From Fistulifera solaris (lineage: Eukaryota), in assembly GCA_030295235.1 (NCBI GenBank), contig AP026123.1, positions 248,001-312,000 on the forward strand: a DNA stretch of 64,000 bases, written 5' to 3'. The position numbers and the translations under genes are program-made. Position 1 is the first letter of the stretch. Each line of letters starts with the position of its first letter. Below, in pieces: positions 11,583 through 23,194 of the stretch. The notes beneath the pieces were generated by a model that saw nothing but the letters and a program-made list of their open reading frames with translations, ran no database searches and was not told where the DNA came from.

Positions 11583-12080
11583 AAACTCCGGGTACCCCCT
11601 CTGTCGATAAATTTCCCTACGAGAGGCTACGTACGATCTACGTAGACAGTAAATGCGTTTAAACATTCACGCTTTTTGCGAATAAAAAGCAATGGTTTGG
11701 TGTCAAATATCGTCAAGTGGTATGAACCATCCGTGTTGGGAGATTTTACAATGGCATTGGTGCAAGGTAGAGCAACGAATCGATGAAGTCGCAAATAACC
11801 CATATTCGGGTACCACTGACATCGATAAACTTCCAACGAGAGCTACGTGAAAATCACGTAGACATTCGAAGCGTTACATGTTTCGCTAATTTCACAGCTT
11901 GGAGTCGCTTTAATGCCGAATATCATGACTGGCTACGACTCATTTGCATTGATGAGTGTTCTGATGACATTGGAGCAAACTAAAGGGGAAAATGGATGCG
12001 GTCGAAACTCCATCAATTCCGGGTTCCCCCTCTGTCGATAAATTTCCCTACGAGAGGCTACGTGAGATCTACGTAGACAT
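11583..12080. repeat. Degenerate 3-unit tandem array (periods 218 and 213 bp) with a conserved ~65-bp core; same family as 62360-63292, inverted
   Basis: Core CCGGGT..CCCCTCTGTCGATAAATTTCCCTACGAGAG(G)CTACGT-N7-ACGTAGACA at ~11588, ~11805 (degenerate) and ~12018. Confidence 0.85.
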
Positions 12081-12217
12081 TTTTCGTGCGCGAAAATGCA
12101 CGCGCATAAACGGACGAGGAAAGACCGCCGCCATTTTCCATTCATTCATTCGATCGCTCTTTTAGATGGAATGAAAATCACTCGCGTGCTTGTTGAGAAT
12201 ACACGAATAACAACAAC

Positions 12218-13188
12218 ATGTCCAAGCCAACCTCCCGTAAACGTCCTCGCGAGGAAGATCAACTGTCCTACGCACGTCGCTTGGTACATCAATGCCGGAA
12301 GGAACTGCACAAGCAGGCCAAGATTTGCCGAAATTTGGAATGTCAACGCTTGTCGCGCAAATTGAAACAAGAACACAAAGAGTCGCAGGCGACATTATTA
12401 CAAAAATGGAGGCATCTTCCGCTTGATCCTGTTCTTGATCTGTGTTTGAAGCGATTGGGAATGTTGGATGTTGTCCAGATGGTCGCTGTCGTAGAGGAAA
12501 ATGATGGGCGTAAAAAGAACAAAAAGGAAAAGAGTGCAGAGAAAATGGAGAAAGAAGCAACGGAAAGTAGTGAAGACGGAGTTACCGATTTAGGAGAGCA
12601 GGACAATGCGGTTGAGGTAGATGAATTCATGATCGAAAAGATTCTTGGCCAGAAGAAGATGCGGGATGCCATGGAAGTTTGGAGTGTCAAAGTCGCTGCG
12701 TATCGAAAATGGTGTGCCCGACAGCAAGGGGCGGGTTTGCCGTCGCTTCAGTCGTCCGATGATACAGACGAATTAAGCACGCCAGTCGATGCCAGTCACA
12801 GTTTATTCATGACGTTGGGAAAGAAGGATGATGGCAAACATAAAAAGAAAAAAGAATAGACCGGGACAGAAAGCTCGTCAGGCCAAGTCCGCCGAAGTGT
12901 CGGCGCAAGCAAAAGGAGCACCAAAACCCAGACAAGATAGCAACAAACAACAACCGATACACGAGGAGCTGCATCCGTCTTGGGAAGCTAGAAAAGCTCA
13001 GAAAGCAAGCATCGCTTCCTTTCGAGGAAAGAAAATAACGTTTGGATCGGAGAGCAATGAAGCAAACAATAACCTTTTCAAAAACGAAAAGTCACGAGAA
13101 GACAACTTACATCCCCCCTTGGGAAGCTCGCAAAACACAGAAAGACAGTATCGTTGCATTCCAAGGAAAGAAGATTACGTTTGATTAG
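12218..13188 (+). CDS. BUD22: BUD22/SRFBP1-like ribosome biogenesis protein
   Basis: KNRPGQKARQ and LHPSWEARK...FxGKKITF motifs (the latter twice); frameshifts at the A-run near 12855 and the C-run near 13115. Confidence 0.75.
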
Positions 13189-13228
13189 CTAAAACCCATT
13201 ATTGACTAAGAAGCAGCATTTCTCAGAG

Positions 13229-14118
13229 TTACGATATTACACACTGACCGCTGCCGTATTTTTCATTCGCACGTTCTACCTGTTTCAATCCAGATTCCGC
13301 ATTTACTTTGGACTCTTCCATTTGATTTTCAATAGTATCAATTTGTTCCTGTTGCGAACCAACAATATGTGCCAAGTCCTTGTAAATCTCATTGACTTGA
13401 TGCATTCCTCGATTAATATTTCGAATCTCTTCTTCGCGTTCACGCATAATTTCTTCGGCAAGTCGCTGTGTTTATGAAAGAAAGAATGCGATAAAATTCA
13501 ATAAAAGGATAAGAAATGGCGATTCGGAAGTACAACAAAGAACTCTAGGCTGCACGACTCACATCTTTTTGCATTTGTAGCTGCATCCGTTGATACGAGT
13601 CTTCCGCCGTCTCAGGTGCAGCTGCATTATCTAGTATGCTCTTATTGGCGAGTTGTTGTTTCTGAGATTTCAAAATACGCTCCACACCGTCTTCAATGAC
13701 GGTCACTCGTTGCTTCACGCGTTCGAAATCACGTTGCAATTTGGTGACTGCGGTTGTTTGCGTTTGCTGTTGCAATAATTTCATAATTTTTTCCTGTAAT
13801 TGCTCTAACACATCCATTTGCGCTCGATATTGCGCTTCTAATTCTTTTGTTGCAGAGCTTTCGTGTTCGCTGTCAACGACTGCAAAATCTTTTCCAGAAT
13901 TCCCACATTTCGCTGCGTTATACGTGTGTAAGAAACATCGCATTCGATAATACGTAATATCAATCCACGGTTCAGCGAGTATCACGTACCTGATATTGTA
14001 ATAGCGTTTCGCTTATATAGGAAAGCGAGTCGTTGGATGTTCGTGAGTTCGATGGTGAGCTTGCTTTGACAACAGAACTCTTTGCAGTGGGGCGACTGCC
14101 GAAATCCTGAAACGACAT
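13229..14118 (-). CDS. Syntaxin-like Qa-SNARE (STX7/SYP2-like) with no TM anchor, ending in CaaX
   Basis: Exon 1 MSFQDFG... (14118-13990); introns at ~13989-13913 and ~13560-13467; SNARE motif EREEEIRNINRGMHQVNEIYKDLAHIVGSQQEQIDTIE; ends CVIS*; frameshift near 13845. Confidence 0.85.
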
Positions 14119-15923
14119 GTTATACCACGGGTTTCTCAATTAACAAGGAGCGTTTTCGTGCAAAGGGTGATCTGAAACCTCTTTCCGTTGTCACTGAATC
14201 GACCGGAACGTCGAACGCTGCGCTATTGCCTTATTTTATTACTCGCTTGACGTTTGAAAGCGAGAGTGTTCTTGCGTTCTTTTTTTCGTTGTCCGCGTGA
14301 TCGAGATGCCATGATGATCGAGCGCGCGGCTGGCTGAACAAGGTATCGTACCGGTACGCCTTTGCTCCGTAAACTTACACATTCTGTCACTGTAAAAAAA
14401 GGGGCGTTTTATATTTAATCACAATATTTGCCAGCGATGGTAAGATGACGTTTTTGTCTATAGGGTGAGTACCGTGTTGAGACTTTCTATAGCGAAATAA
14501 GATGTTTCTTTTTATTCGCGTGCGCGTGCGTGGTTTTCGCACCTCTGTCTGTCCGCGGTCAGGGACTGACAGTTGGCAATGAAGCAAAAAAACGGCAACC
14601 GCTTCATGCTGGTGGACCTTTTGGACCGTCCGTCGTTGGATTTACTTAGGAAGCAGACATACCAAAGCGACATGCCATCCAAAAAACTTTTTGGATGCAG
14701 CCAATCAGATGGCTTTCATCCAAAAAGTCCAAAAGCTCCAGCCAATCAGAATGCGTTATCCAAAAGCGACTTTTAGAGCGCCTGTACGCGATCCGGGCGG
14801 GCGGGTCAAAAATGAGGATCCATCGTCACTTTTTGGATCAAGCTATAGTTGCAAAAACCAGCGATTTTCATATTCTGTGGATCTAAATGAAGAGCAATAG
14901 TAGTTCATGTCTTAACCGCGTACGCAGCGATCAAAAAAAGCTTCATGGAAAGACAGCGGCGGTATCTTTTCGGAATTGGCCGGGTTGCCCTTACTTTTTT
15001 CTCGGCCTGTAGCTTGCCTTAAACTTCCGCAAAATCTCTGGTTTCAAGATTAAAAGATGTGAATGGAAAGTTAAATCCGGCGAGCGTGTAGTTGAAGTCG
15101 ATTCCGCAAGGCATAAAGCGATTTTCTTGTACAAAGTCGATACTTAGTTTGGTCCCGACAATGATATATCAGAGGAAAAGTAGATGATCGTTTGCTAATA
15201 GATACTTAATATTCAATATTCGTCACTATGGAGACATACATAATCGAATTTAAGCGGTTCTGATACTCGTGTGAAGTTGGTGCTTCGACGCCAGGAGAAA
15301 GAAAATGTTGATGCGAAAATCGAGTGGCAAGACTGAGACGATATAGAAGCCTTTTCTTGCGAGAACGGTGGAAGCGAAGCAAAAGGCTTTTGCACATTGT
15401 CATAAAACTGCGTCAATATGTTTCCTGGCGTTCGGAGAGCTTTTGTCGGCAATGTTTTGTCCATCGATAGTGATTTTCGATAGTCGGCAAGACCTAAAAG
15501 TCGACAAATCAACACTCTTACCCTCAAGGATCGCCAAGAAACTGCTCATGTATAGACCACATATCCATACAAAAGAGTTTTGAGCTGAAAAAGAGCTATA
15601 GTTACGCGAAATTCGATTGAAAACGCTAATTGGTTGTCGATGGCGATGAAAGAATTTATTGAGAAACGCAGTTTTGTGCCAACGACGAAATGCGAAAATT
15701 TATTGAGAAAAGACGCCTTTCGGCGTCTGCCCATGCTCGCTTCGCTCGCGAGCAATAAAAATCCAAAAAGGTCCACCAGCATGGAGTGGTTGCCAAAAAA
15801 ACCGCAAAATAAATCGTCCGCACCGACCACAATACCATAAAGGAAGACAGAGTATTTCCTTGTTATCCTCATACATAGCATTCTCGACGACTAGTCTCTG
15901 TTCCGTACTTGTATATACTGAAA

Positions 15924-16346
15924 ATGGCGACCCGAGGTGTTTTCCAGTTAACCAAATTACGTTTGAATTACTGTGAGTTTTCCGGTTCGTCAGCCACCGT
16001 CCGCGAGTATATTGGCAACGGTCCTTTGGTAGCTTGGGCTCGCAAACACGACAATGTTGCCATTGAAGTGGTAGTACGAAATGGGAAGCATCCTTATGTA
16101 GAGGCAGAATACCAGCACAATACAACAAGGCACCAAATTTGTCTCAAGAACAAACCGGATACGAAAGCGGTCGAGAAGGTCTTCGATACGTTGAGGAACC
16201 GCAGTGGAAGAAAGATTAGTAAAATTACACAGCCCATCAAGACAAGTACACCCAGTATACAAGGAGTATGGACGCCGTTTTTGAATTTGCAGAATGAACC
16301 CAAGTTCAAGGTGCAACTGATGGGATCCAAATCGAACATGGAATGA
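15924..16346 (+). CDS. MRPL43: Mitochondrial ribosomal protein mL43
   Basis: MATRGVFQLTKLRLNYCEFSGSSATVREYI, RNGKHPYVEAEY and TPSIQGVW motifs. Confidence 0.9.
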   Translation: MATRGVFQLTKLRLNYCEFSGSSATVREYIGNGPLVAWARKHDNVAIEVVVRNGKHPYVEAEYQHNTTRHQICLKNKPDTKAVEKVFDTLRNRSGRKISKITQPIKTSTPSIQGVWTPFLNLQNEPKFKVQLMGSKSNME

Positions 16347-17263
16347 GGACCAGCAACAACATCACGATGCGCCATTCAGTTTATTCGCGAACCATAACTT
16401 GAAACTTAAGAAGTGTAAACAAAACATCAACAAGGCCAGCACGTTGTAGTGGTATTAGTTGAAATCGCGAACAGTCACTTTGTTTGTTAATCATCTATTA
16501 ATATCATACCAGTATGCTGTATGTTTGAATGCTTCCGTCACCATGGCGAATGACAAGGTTGAAGAACGTTTATTGACCGCTATTTAAAATTTTAATCAGA
16601 TTGAGTGTCCTTTCTTTTGACATAAGTAAAGAGGGCCACTAAATAATAATGATTGACAAAAATCTTACGATTGGGCCAGACTGCTGCCCAATCACCATTC
16701 CTTCTCGTAGTTAGATGAGCACCATATATTTGCATCATAATTCACTGACCTTCATGTTCATTTGAAAGGCATGCAAGGATTTCCTTGCGTTGAAAATCCT
16801 TGTCAACTGTTGATTTCGGTATTTACTATAGACATAGAGTGTATGACAACTTTACCACGACTGCATGTCAGTCATGAATCGCTTTTCCGAGCTATGATGC
16901 TAACATATTTTCCTCCGGTTTCCTAGCTCTAGGAGCTACATGAACCATGAGGAAACTGGATTTACTTCAGATAAATCGACAAAACTGCACGCAACAAGTG
17001 TTTGCGTCGAAAAGCCTTTATGAATTCTTAACCGATGATTATTCCTACTGTACCAGGTACAGCAGCAGCTTGAGTAAATCTGTGCCTTATAATCTGTACC
17101 TTAATGAGGATAAGGTCGGTTGTTGAGAGATCTTTTTCACCCGAACTGATTTTTTATTTCGCTTCTTTTTCAACTTTCAACGAGTTCTTTTCCCAAAGAC
17201 AACAAGCAGCCGCACAAGAAGCAGAGACAAATGACTCTTTGTTAATCAACGAAAACACAACAA

Positions 17264-18223
17264 ATGCTCTCTTTACAACGACGACTCGTTCTACACGGCA
17301 CACGTTGGAGTCGTCGTCCTGTAGCACTTCGACCGCACGTGCGTACCATCACGAATTTAGATCAGGACGCGGTGGCCGATTTGTTTGCGCAATATGCGGT
17401 CGAACGCAACGGTATCGTTTGTCTCGACAAGAATGATCTGCGTGCGTTGCGTGCGGGCATTGGGGAGGATACGGCGGCGAGTGATTCTGTCTGTGAACTC
17501 TTTCAAGTGGCCGACTTGGATGGCAACGGCTACATTGATTTGGATGAGTTTCTAGAAAATGCTCCGGTTCTTTTAGAAAGCAATCCAGCTCGTATTATCA
17601 TTGTGGTCGGTGGACCGGGTAGTGGTAAAGGACTGTTGTGTAATCGACTGGCGGCCGAATGTGGTGTCGTGCATCTTTCATCGGGAGATTTACTGCGGAA
17701 TGAAGTCGAACGACAGAGTCCGCTGGGAAGAGAAGTCAAAGATATCATGGCCCGGGGTGAATTGGTTTCGAGTGCTATTATTGTGACGTTGATGAAAAAA
17801 CACATGGGGGCGCATTCCGGGAAGCGCGTTCTCCTCGATGGCTTTCCTCGTTCGGTCGAAAATGCACGAGATTTGACGCGCTTGTGCGGCGTTCCCGAGT
17901 TAGCCTTGCATTTAGATTGTGAAGACACGGTAATGTTGGAGCGCATTATGGAACGAGGCAGTGCGAGTGTTGTACGGCGACAAGATGACAACTTCCAAAC
18001 AGCGATTCGTCGGATTCGGACCTTCCACAAGTATCATAAAGCAACTATGGAATGGCTGCATGAGCAGCACGTTCCAGTCGTCAACTTGGATTGTTCTGGG
18101 ACACCGGAATCGGTGTGGAAACAGTTAATGGCGATAGGAAGATTGATGCGCCCGGCAGTCAAAGTCAAGTCAACAACAAATAGTAGCCTCGCGAATGATG
18201 ACTGGAATCAAAGGGCGGTTTAA
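17264..18223 (+). CDS. Adenylate / UMP-CMP kinase with N-terminal EF-hand domain
   Basis: EF loop DLDGNGYIDLDEF; P-loop GGPGSGKG; HLSSGDLLR and LLDGFPR; Arg-rich mitochondrial-type N-terminus. Confidence 0.88.
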   Translation: MLSLQRRLVLHGTRWSRRPVALRPHVRTITNLDQDAVADLFAQYAVERNGIVCLDKNDLRALRAGIGEDTAASDSVCELFQVADLDGNGYIDLDEFLENAPVLLESNPARIIIVVGGPGSGKGLLCNRLAAECGVVHLSSGDLLRNEVERQSPLGREVKDIMARGELVSSAIIVTLMKKHMGAHSGKRVLLDGFPRSVENARDLTRLCGVPELALHLDCEDTVMLERIMERGSASVVRRQDDNFQTAIRRIRTFHKYHKATMEWLHEQHVPVVNLDCSGTPESVWKQLMAIGRLMRPAVKVKSTTNSSLANDDWNQRAV

Positions 18224-18387
18224 CCTGTATAAGATCAACAGAATGTAAGATCTATTGACTGCGAAAATACTTGGTTTCCCTCAAACATGCATCGCCTTGT
18301 GATTTCGTTTTGCTAGACTTACCCCGAGTGATATTTTTCAAAAGTCAAAAAATGATCCCGTCAATTGGCACTCTTGCCTACCTTACT

Positions 18388-19623
18388 CGAATGAAGATGA
18401 TAGTTAGCTTATATATTGGTATTTCCATGGCATCTGATAATGCACTTCGCGCTTTTGTTTGAGGACCACTTTGGTCGCGTTTTAATGTCGGTTTCTTCTT
18501 GTGACTGAAATTTAGACGCGATGAGCGTACAACCAACACTTTATCACCATAGTGAAAATGGCAGTCGACGACACCGATGCTTTCCGACGCAAATAGCTGC
18601 GCTTCGAACGAAGATGATAGTTAGCTTATATATTGATATTTCCGTGGCATCTGATTATGCATTTCGCGCTTTTGTTTGAGGACCACTTTGGTCGCGTTTT
18701 AATGTCGTTTTCCTCTTGTGACTGAAATTTAGTCGCGATGCGCGTACAACCAACACTTTACCATTATAGTGAAGATGGCTGTCGACGACACGTATGCTTT
18801 CCGACGCAAATAGCTGCGCTTCGAACGAAGATGATAGTTAGCTTATATATTGATATTTCCGTGGCATCTGATTATGCATTTCGCGCTTTTGTTTGAGGAC
18901 CACTTTGGTCGCGTTTTAATGTCGTTTTCCTCTTGTGACTGAAATTTAGTCGCGATGCGCGTACAACCAACACTTTACCATTATAGTGAAGATGGCTGTC
19001 GACGACACGTATGCTTTCCGACGCAAATAGCTGCGTTTCGAATGAAGATGATAGTTAGCTTATATATTGATATTTCCGTGGCATCTGATTATGCACTTCG
19101 CGCTTTTGTTTGAGGACCACTTTGGTCGCGTTTTAATGTCGGTTTCTTCTTGTGACTGAAATTTAGTCGCGATGCGCGTACAACCAACACTTTACCATCA
19201 TAGTGAAGATGGCTGTCGACGACACGGATGCTTTTCGACGCAAATAGCTGCGTTTCGAATGAAGATGATAGTTAGCTGATTATGCACTTCGCGCTTTTGT
19301 TTGAGGACCACTTTGGTCGCGTTTTAATGTCGTTTTCTTCTTTTCATAGTGACTGAAATTTAGTCGCGATGCGCGTACAACAAACACTTTACCATCATAG
19401 TGAAGATGGATGTCGACGACACGGATGCTTTTCGACGCAAATAGCTGCGCTTCGAATGAAGATGATAGTTAGCTTATATATTGGTATTTCCATGGCATCT
19501 GATTATGCACTTCGCGCTTTTGTTTGAGGACCACTTTGGTCGCGTTTTAATGTCGTTTTCTTCTTTTCATAGTGACTGAAATTTAGTCGCGATGCGCGTA
19601 CAACCAACACTTTACCATCATAG
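18388..19623. repeat. Tandem repeat, 217-bp unit, ~5.8 copies
   Basis: Units start (CGAAYGAAGATGATAGTTAGC) at 18388, 18605, 18822, 19039, 19256 and 19453. Copies are near-identical; the fifth has a deletion. Confidence 0.97.
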
Positions 19624-19785
19624 TACTAGAGGGACGGAGTATATTTTATTTTATTGCGCTAATTCATCGCATAAAGAAATAATGTTGGAGATGCGATAAA
19701 TAGTTATTACTCACATGAATCAATGCTACGATCGCCGAACGCACAAAATCATAGGCTGGTAAAGGATAAGTGATGTTTTTGAGCT

Positions 19786-21006
19786 ATGACAATCAACAAA
19801 AGTGAAGACAAGATCGATCACTTTCTCGATTTTCTGCGAGGACATCGACTGCCTAACATTGTGGAAGGTATTGCTTCATGGATCATTTACGCTGCTTTTA
19901 TTTCGTTCTATACTGTTTCCTATCTGTTATCGAAACCACAAAAGGCCTCATCAGTGAGTTTGGTTACTTTGGCTCGAAATGGACCTGATGTAGATGTCAC
20001 GGACGAAGCAGTCTCTCGCTTGTACAATATCCCTGACAGGGACTTGATCACAACCATTCGCTCCGACGAATCATTACGGCGACTTGCTTCGCAATTCATG
20101 CTTCAAACTCCCACTACTGTTGCAGCTCAAAAATTGCAAGAGAGACTGGATGCGGTCTGGTTGGACTTGCTTCCATTGCCATCACTCATCGAAGATGAAG
20201 ATGATGCTTCATTTCAATACACAATTTCTCTCATTCTACCCGCTTATCGAGAATCGGGTGCCGCCGTAACACAAACATTGCGAAAGTGCTACAGAAATAC
20301 TGCCCAGCCATCAACTATTCAAGTCGTTGTGGTCAATGCCGGACACTGTCCCGATTTGGAAACGGAATGTCGTGCCTGTCAGTCACTTTTTGGTGCTTTG
20401 CAAATCGTACAATACGACGGAAAGGGAGGACGAGGTCCTTCTATGAACCGTGGTGCAACTCATGCCCAGGGAAAGTACTTGACGTTTCTTCATTCCGACA
20501 CATTACTACCACAGCAATGGGATCAGCGATTGGTGGAGAAAATGCAGGAACGGCGCGATGGGTCGGTCGTTCATGCCTGTACGTTTACGTTTGGGCACAA
20601 TCTTGCCGGTATTGCTCCAAAGGAAGTCCCTTGGGGCTTGACCGTGAACCGTATTTGTGGCAATTTCCGTGCTCGTTTTCTGAAACTGCCGTACGGCGAT
20701 CATGTCTTGTCCTTTCCATCGACTTACTTTCGGTTTGTTGGTGGATTTCCCGAACAACCCCTTATGGAGGACTACGTGATGATGGATCTGTTGCGACGCC
20801 GCGCAGCTCTACTACCGGAGCGGCTAGGATTCATCTTTCCTCCTGGGGCGCAATGCTCCATTCGTCGGTGGCAAACATTGGGTGTCGTTTACGTGACATT
20901 GGTGAATGCTTTGGTAGTTTATCGATACAAGAATGGCTATTGGCATGCGAGTGATGTCTATGACTATTACTATCAAAGACCGTTTCGTAATAAGAAGAAG
21001 AGTTAG
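19786..21006 (+). CDS. Glycosyltransferase family 2, TIGR04283-like
   Basis: ISLILPAYRE, GRGPSMNRGA, LTFLHSDT, LPYGDH, GGFPEQPLMEDY and SIRRW motifs. Confidence 0.85.
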   Translation: MTINKSEDKIDHFLDFLRGHRLPNIVEGIASWIIYAAFISFYTVSYLLSKPQKASSVSLVTLARNGPDVDVTDEAVSRLYNIPDRDLITTIRSDESLRRLASQFMLQTPTTVAAQKLQERLDAVWLDLLPLPSLIEDEDDASFQYTISLILPAYRESGAAVTQTLRKCYRNTAQPSTIQVVVVNAGHCPDLETECRACQSLFGALQIVQYDGKGGRGPSMNRGATHAQGKYLTFLHSDTLLPQQWDQRLVEKMQERRDGSVVHACTFTFGHNLAGIAPKEVPWGLTVNRICGNFRARFLKLPYGDHVLSFPSTYFRFVGGFPEQPLMEDYVMMDLLRRRAALLPERLGFIFPPGAQCSIRRWQTLGVVYVTLVNALVVYRYKNGYWHASDVYDYYYQRPFRNKKKS

Positions 21007-21241
21007 ATAAGAGCGAAAAGATTCCTGATAGAAATCATAGGGAAAAGGTTGTTCGTGAACGAAGTGTTCGTGACTGCGGCCGAAACGTCATCCGTGTCGT
21101 CAGCACGCAAAAAGATCGCCAAAAGATGCTGCTATTTGCTGCGTGTTGGCATCCTTCACATTCACAATGTTGCCACTTCATCCACCGAGATCGCCATTGA
21201 CACGATTATTACTAACTGCTCGCCGTTGCTTTCTGCACATC

Positions 21242-21762
21242 ATGAATCTCAAGTACACTGCTCTCCTCGTCGCTGGATTGTGCGCCGGCACTATCGCGTA
21301 TTCGACTACCAGAACCGATCGCCGAAGTTTCCTATCGCAAGCCGTCGTGGGTGCGTCTTCCATCGGTGCCACTACCGTGATCTCTACACCAGCCTTCGCA
21401 GCAGAAGATGATGGCTTTATTACGACTGACAGTGGACTCAAGTACAAAGTGATTAAGGAGGGAACGGGGGCATTCCGGCACCCGGCCAAACAGTCAAAGC
21501 CCATTACACCGGATGGTTGGATGGATTTGATTCGCCAAAGAAGTTTGACTCGAGCCGTGATCGTGGTCGTCCGTTTACCTTCCCTGTCGGAGCTGGACGT
21601 GTGATCCGCGGATGGGACGAATGTTTCAGTACCATGTCGGTCGGTGAGCGTCGACAAATCATCATTCCTCCTCGTTTGGGATACGGTGATCGGGGAGCTG
21701 GCGGTTTGATTCCGGGAGGCGCGACTCTGTACTTTGATGTGGAACTGTTGGGATTGCTATAA
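21242..21762 (+). CDS. FKBP-type peptidyl-prolyl isomerase, probably thylakoid-lumenal
   Basis: Signal peptide plus twin-arginine DRRSFL...PAFA; SGLKYKVIKEG, AHYTGWL, FDSSRDRG, VIRGWDE and LYFDVEL motifs; frameshift near 21470. Confidence 0.9.
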
Positions 21763-22011
21763 AATGATTGATCACAAGCTTTTATCATAAACTACAGCTT
21801 TACAGTCTTACCGTAATTTTCATCGCTGCTCAATGGTCAAGAACGTCCGTTATGGCAATAGTGCACATTCAAAACCGATCTTCAATTTGATTATTAAAGA
21901 GAGATGGCTGTGATTCCTAGCTATACTATGTACTATGATTTGTTGTTACGATAGCTATAGGTTGTTATTAATTTAATCATCTCATTTGTCGACTTTCTAA
22001 AAGCAACTCGT

Positions 22012-22939
22012 CTAAAAACAGACGCATTCAATTCGTGAACGTCCTCCAATGCCGACTACGACTCGCTCTTCATCTTTTTTCTTTTTCTTCTTTTCTTTCT
22101 TTTCGGACTTCTTCTCTTTTTTAGACTTCTTTCCATCTGACATGGGAGTATCCAAATCGTCTTCTTTCTTCATCTTCTCTCGCTCCGTATTCGGTGTATC
22201 TCTTTCCTCTTTCTTAACCTGCTCCCCTTCTGTGACAGGTGTGTCGGGATCCTCTTTCACTAGTCGATTCGTACTTCTGTGATTCGTGGTAAGAAGAGGA
22301 GTTGCATCGTCATTGTTTTCGGTTTTGATCACTTTGTGCTTCGCATGGTCATTGTCTTGACTACTTTTCATTTTTCGTTTCAAAGGTAGACTTGTCGCTA
22401 CAATAGTATTTCCTCCCAGGGGGAGTCCAACGTCGTTTCAAGCCTTGTTTCTGCGGTACGGGGGCATAAGAGTGCCGTAGGGCATTTTTCTCCGTTGGAA
22501 ACGGAGCATTTTCCATGCTTGGCGCCAACTCAAATTGCGATTGTTGTGGAATAGCGTGAAGAATAGTAGCATGTCGAGTAAAGGGAATATCGGCGGGATA
22601 CAAAAAAGTTCCATCGTCGTCATCACTGTCATCGGAATCGCCGTCGTTGGGTCGAGGAAGAATCATGCGAAAACATTCCGATTCACGAGCGTCACCCCAG
22701 TGCAAGGTAAATTTCTGGTGACCCTTTCGACTGGAAAAATCCACCACTTCATCACTGCGTTGATTATGCTGCTGCTGATGAAAGGGCAATCGCGCACCAT
22801 TCAAGTCCGCCAGATCGAAATCAGGAGGCAACCTCAGAGTCCACACTTCAAAACGATCGGAATTAAAGTTGTCGGGTAAGCGGAATCTCGGTGGATCCAA
22901 GGTTTCTTCCACGTCGTCCTCTTCTCGTAACCGACTCAT
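22012..22939 (-). CDS. RPA34: RNA polymerase I subunit A34.5/PAF49-like protein
   Basis: EVWTLRLPPDFDLADLNG and VPQKQGLKRRWTPPG resemble RPA34/CD3EAP motifs; Lys-rich tail in ORF 22012-22383 follows a frameshift near 22415. Confidence 0.6.
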
Positions 22940-23194
22940 TCAGCGAATTATTTCTTTGTTTTTTTCTTCTACAAAATGGTAGGCTCTTTGAATGAAGAAA
23001 GAATGAATATCGACGATAAAAAATGCCGATCTATATCTATCGTGTTTTTTCGTTGGCTATGATTGGTGGCATACCGGACGGCGACAAGACCGTTTCATTT
23101 TTCTCTCTCAACATTACTATCGTCCCGAGTGTATGCGACATTTTTTCGTGACCGTTTCTCCGTCTTGAGTCATGAGGAGCATCACAAAAACATT

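Noticed and set aside
11583..12080. CRISPR array (conserved repeat with differing spacers)
   Set aside because: The ~65-bp repeat and ~150-bp linkers are too long, linkers show residual homology to the 62-kb family, no cas genes are present, and the context is eukaryotic.
12840..12870. Programmed ribosomal frameshifting (Euplotes-like AAA-stop)
   Set aside because: Shifts across the window go in both directions and share no motif other than homopolymers; sequencing error is simpler.
19615..19645. Helitron 3' end or Stowaway TIR at the end of the 217-bp array
   Set aside because: CTAG is not followed by T, no clear subterminal hairpin is present, and no matching left TIR was found.
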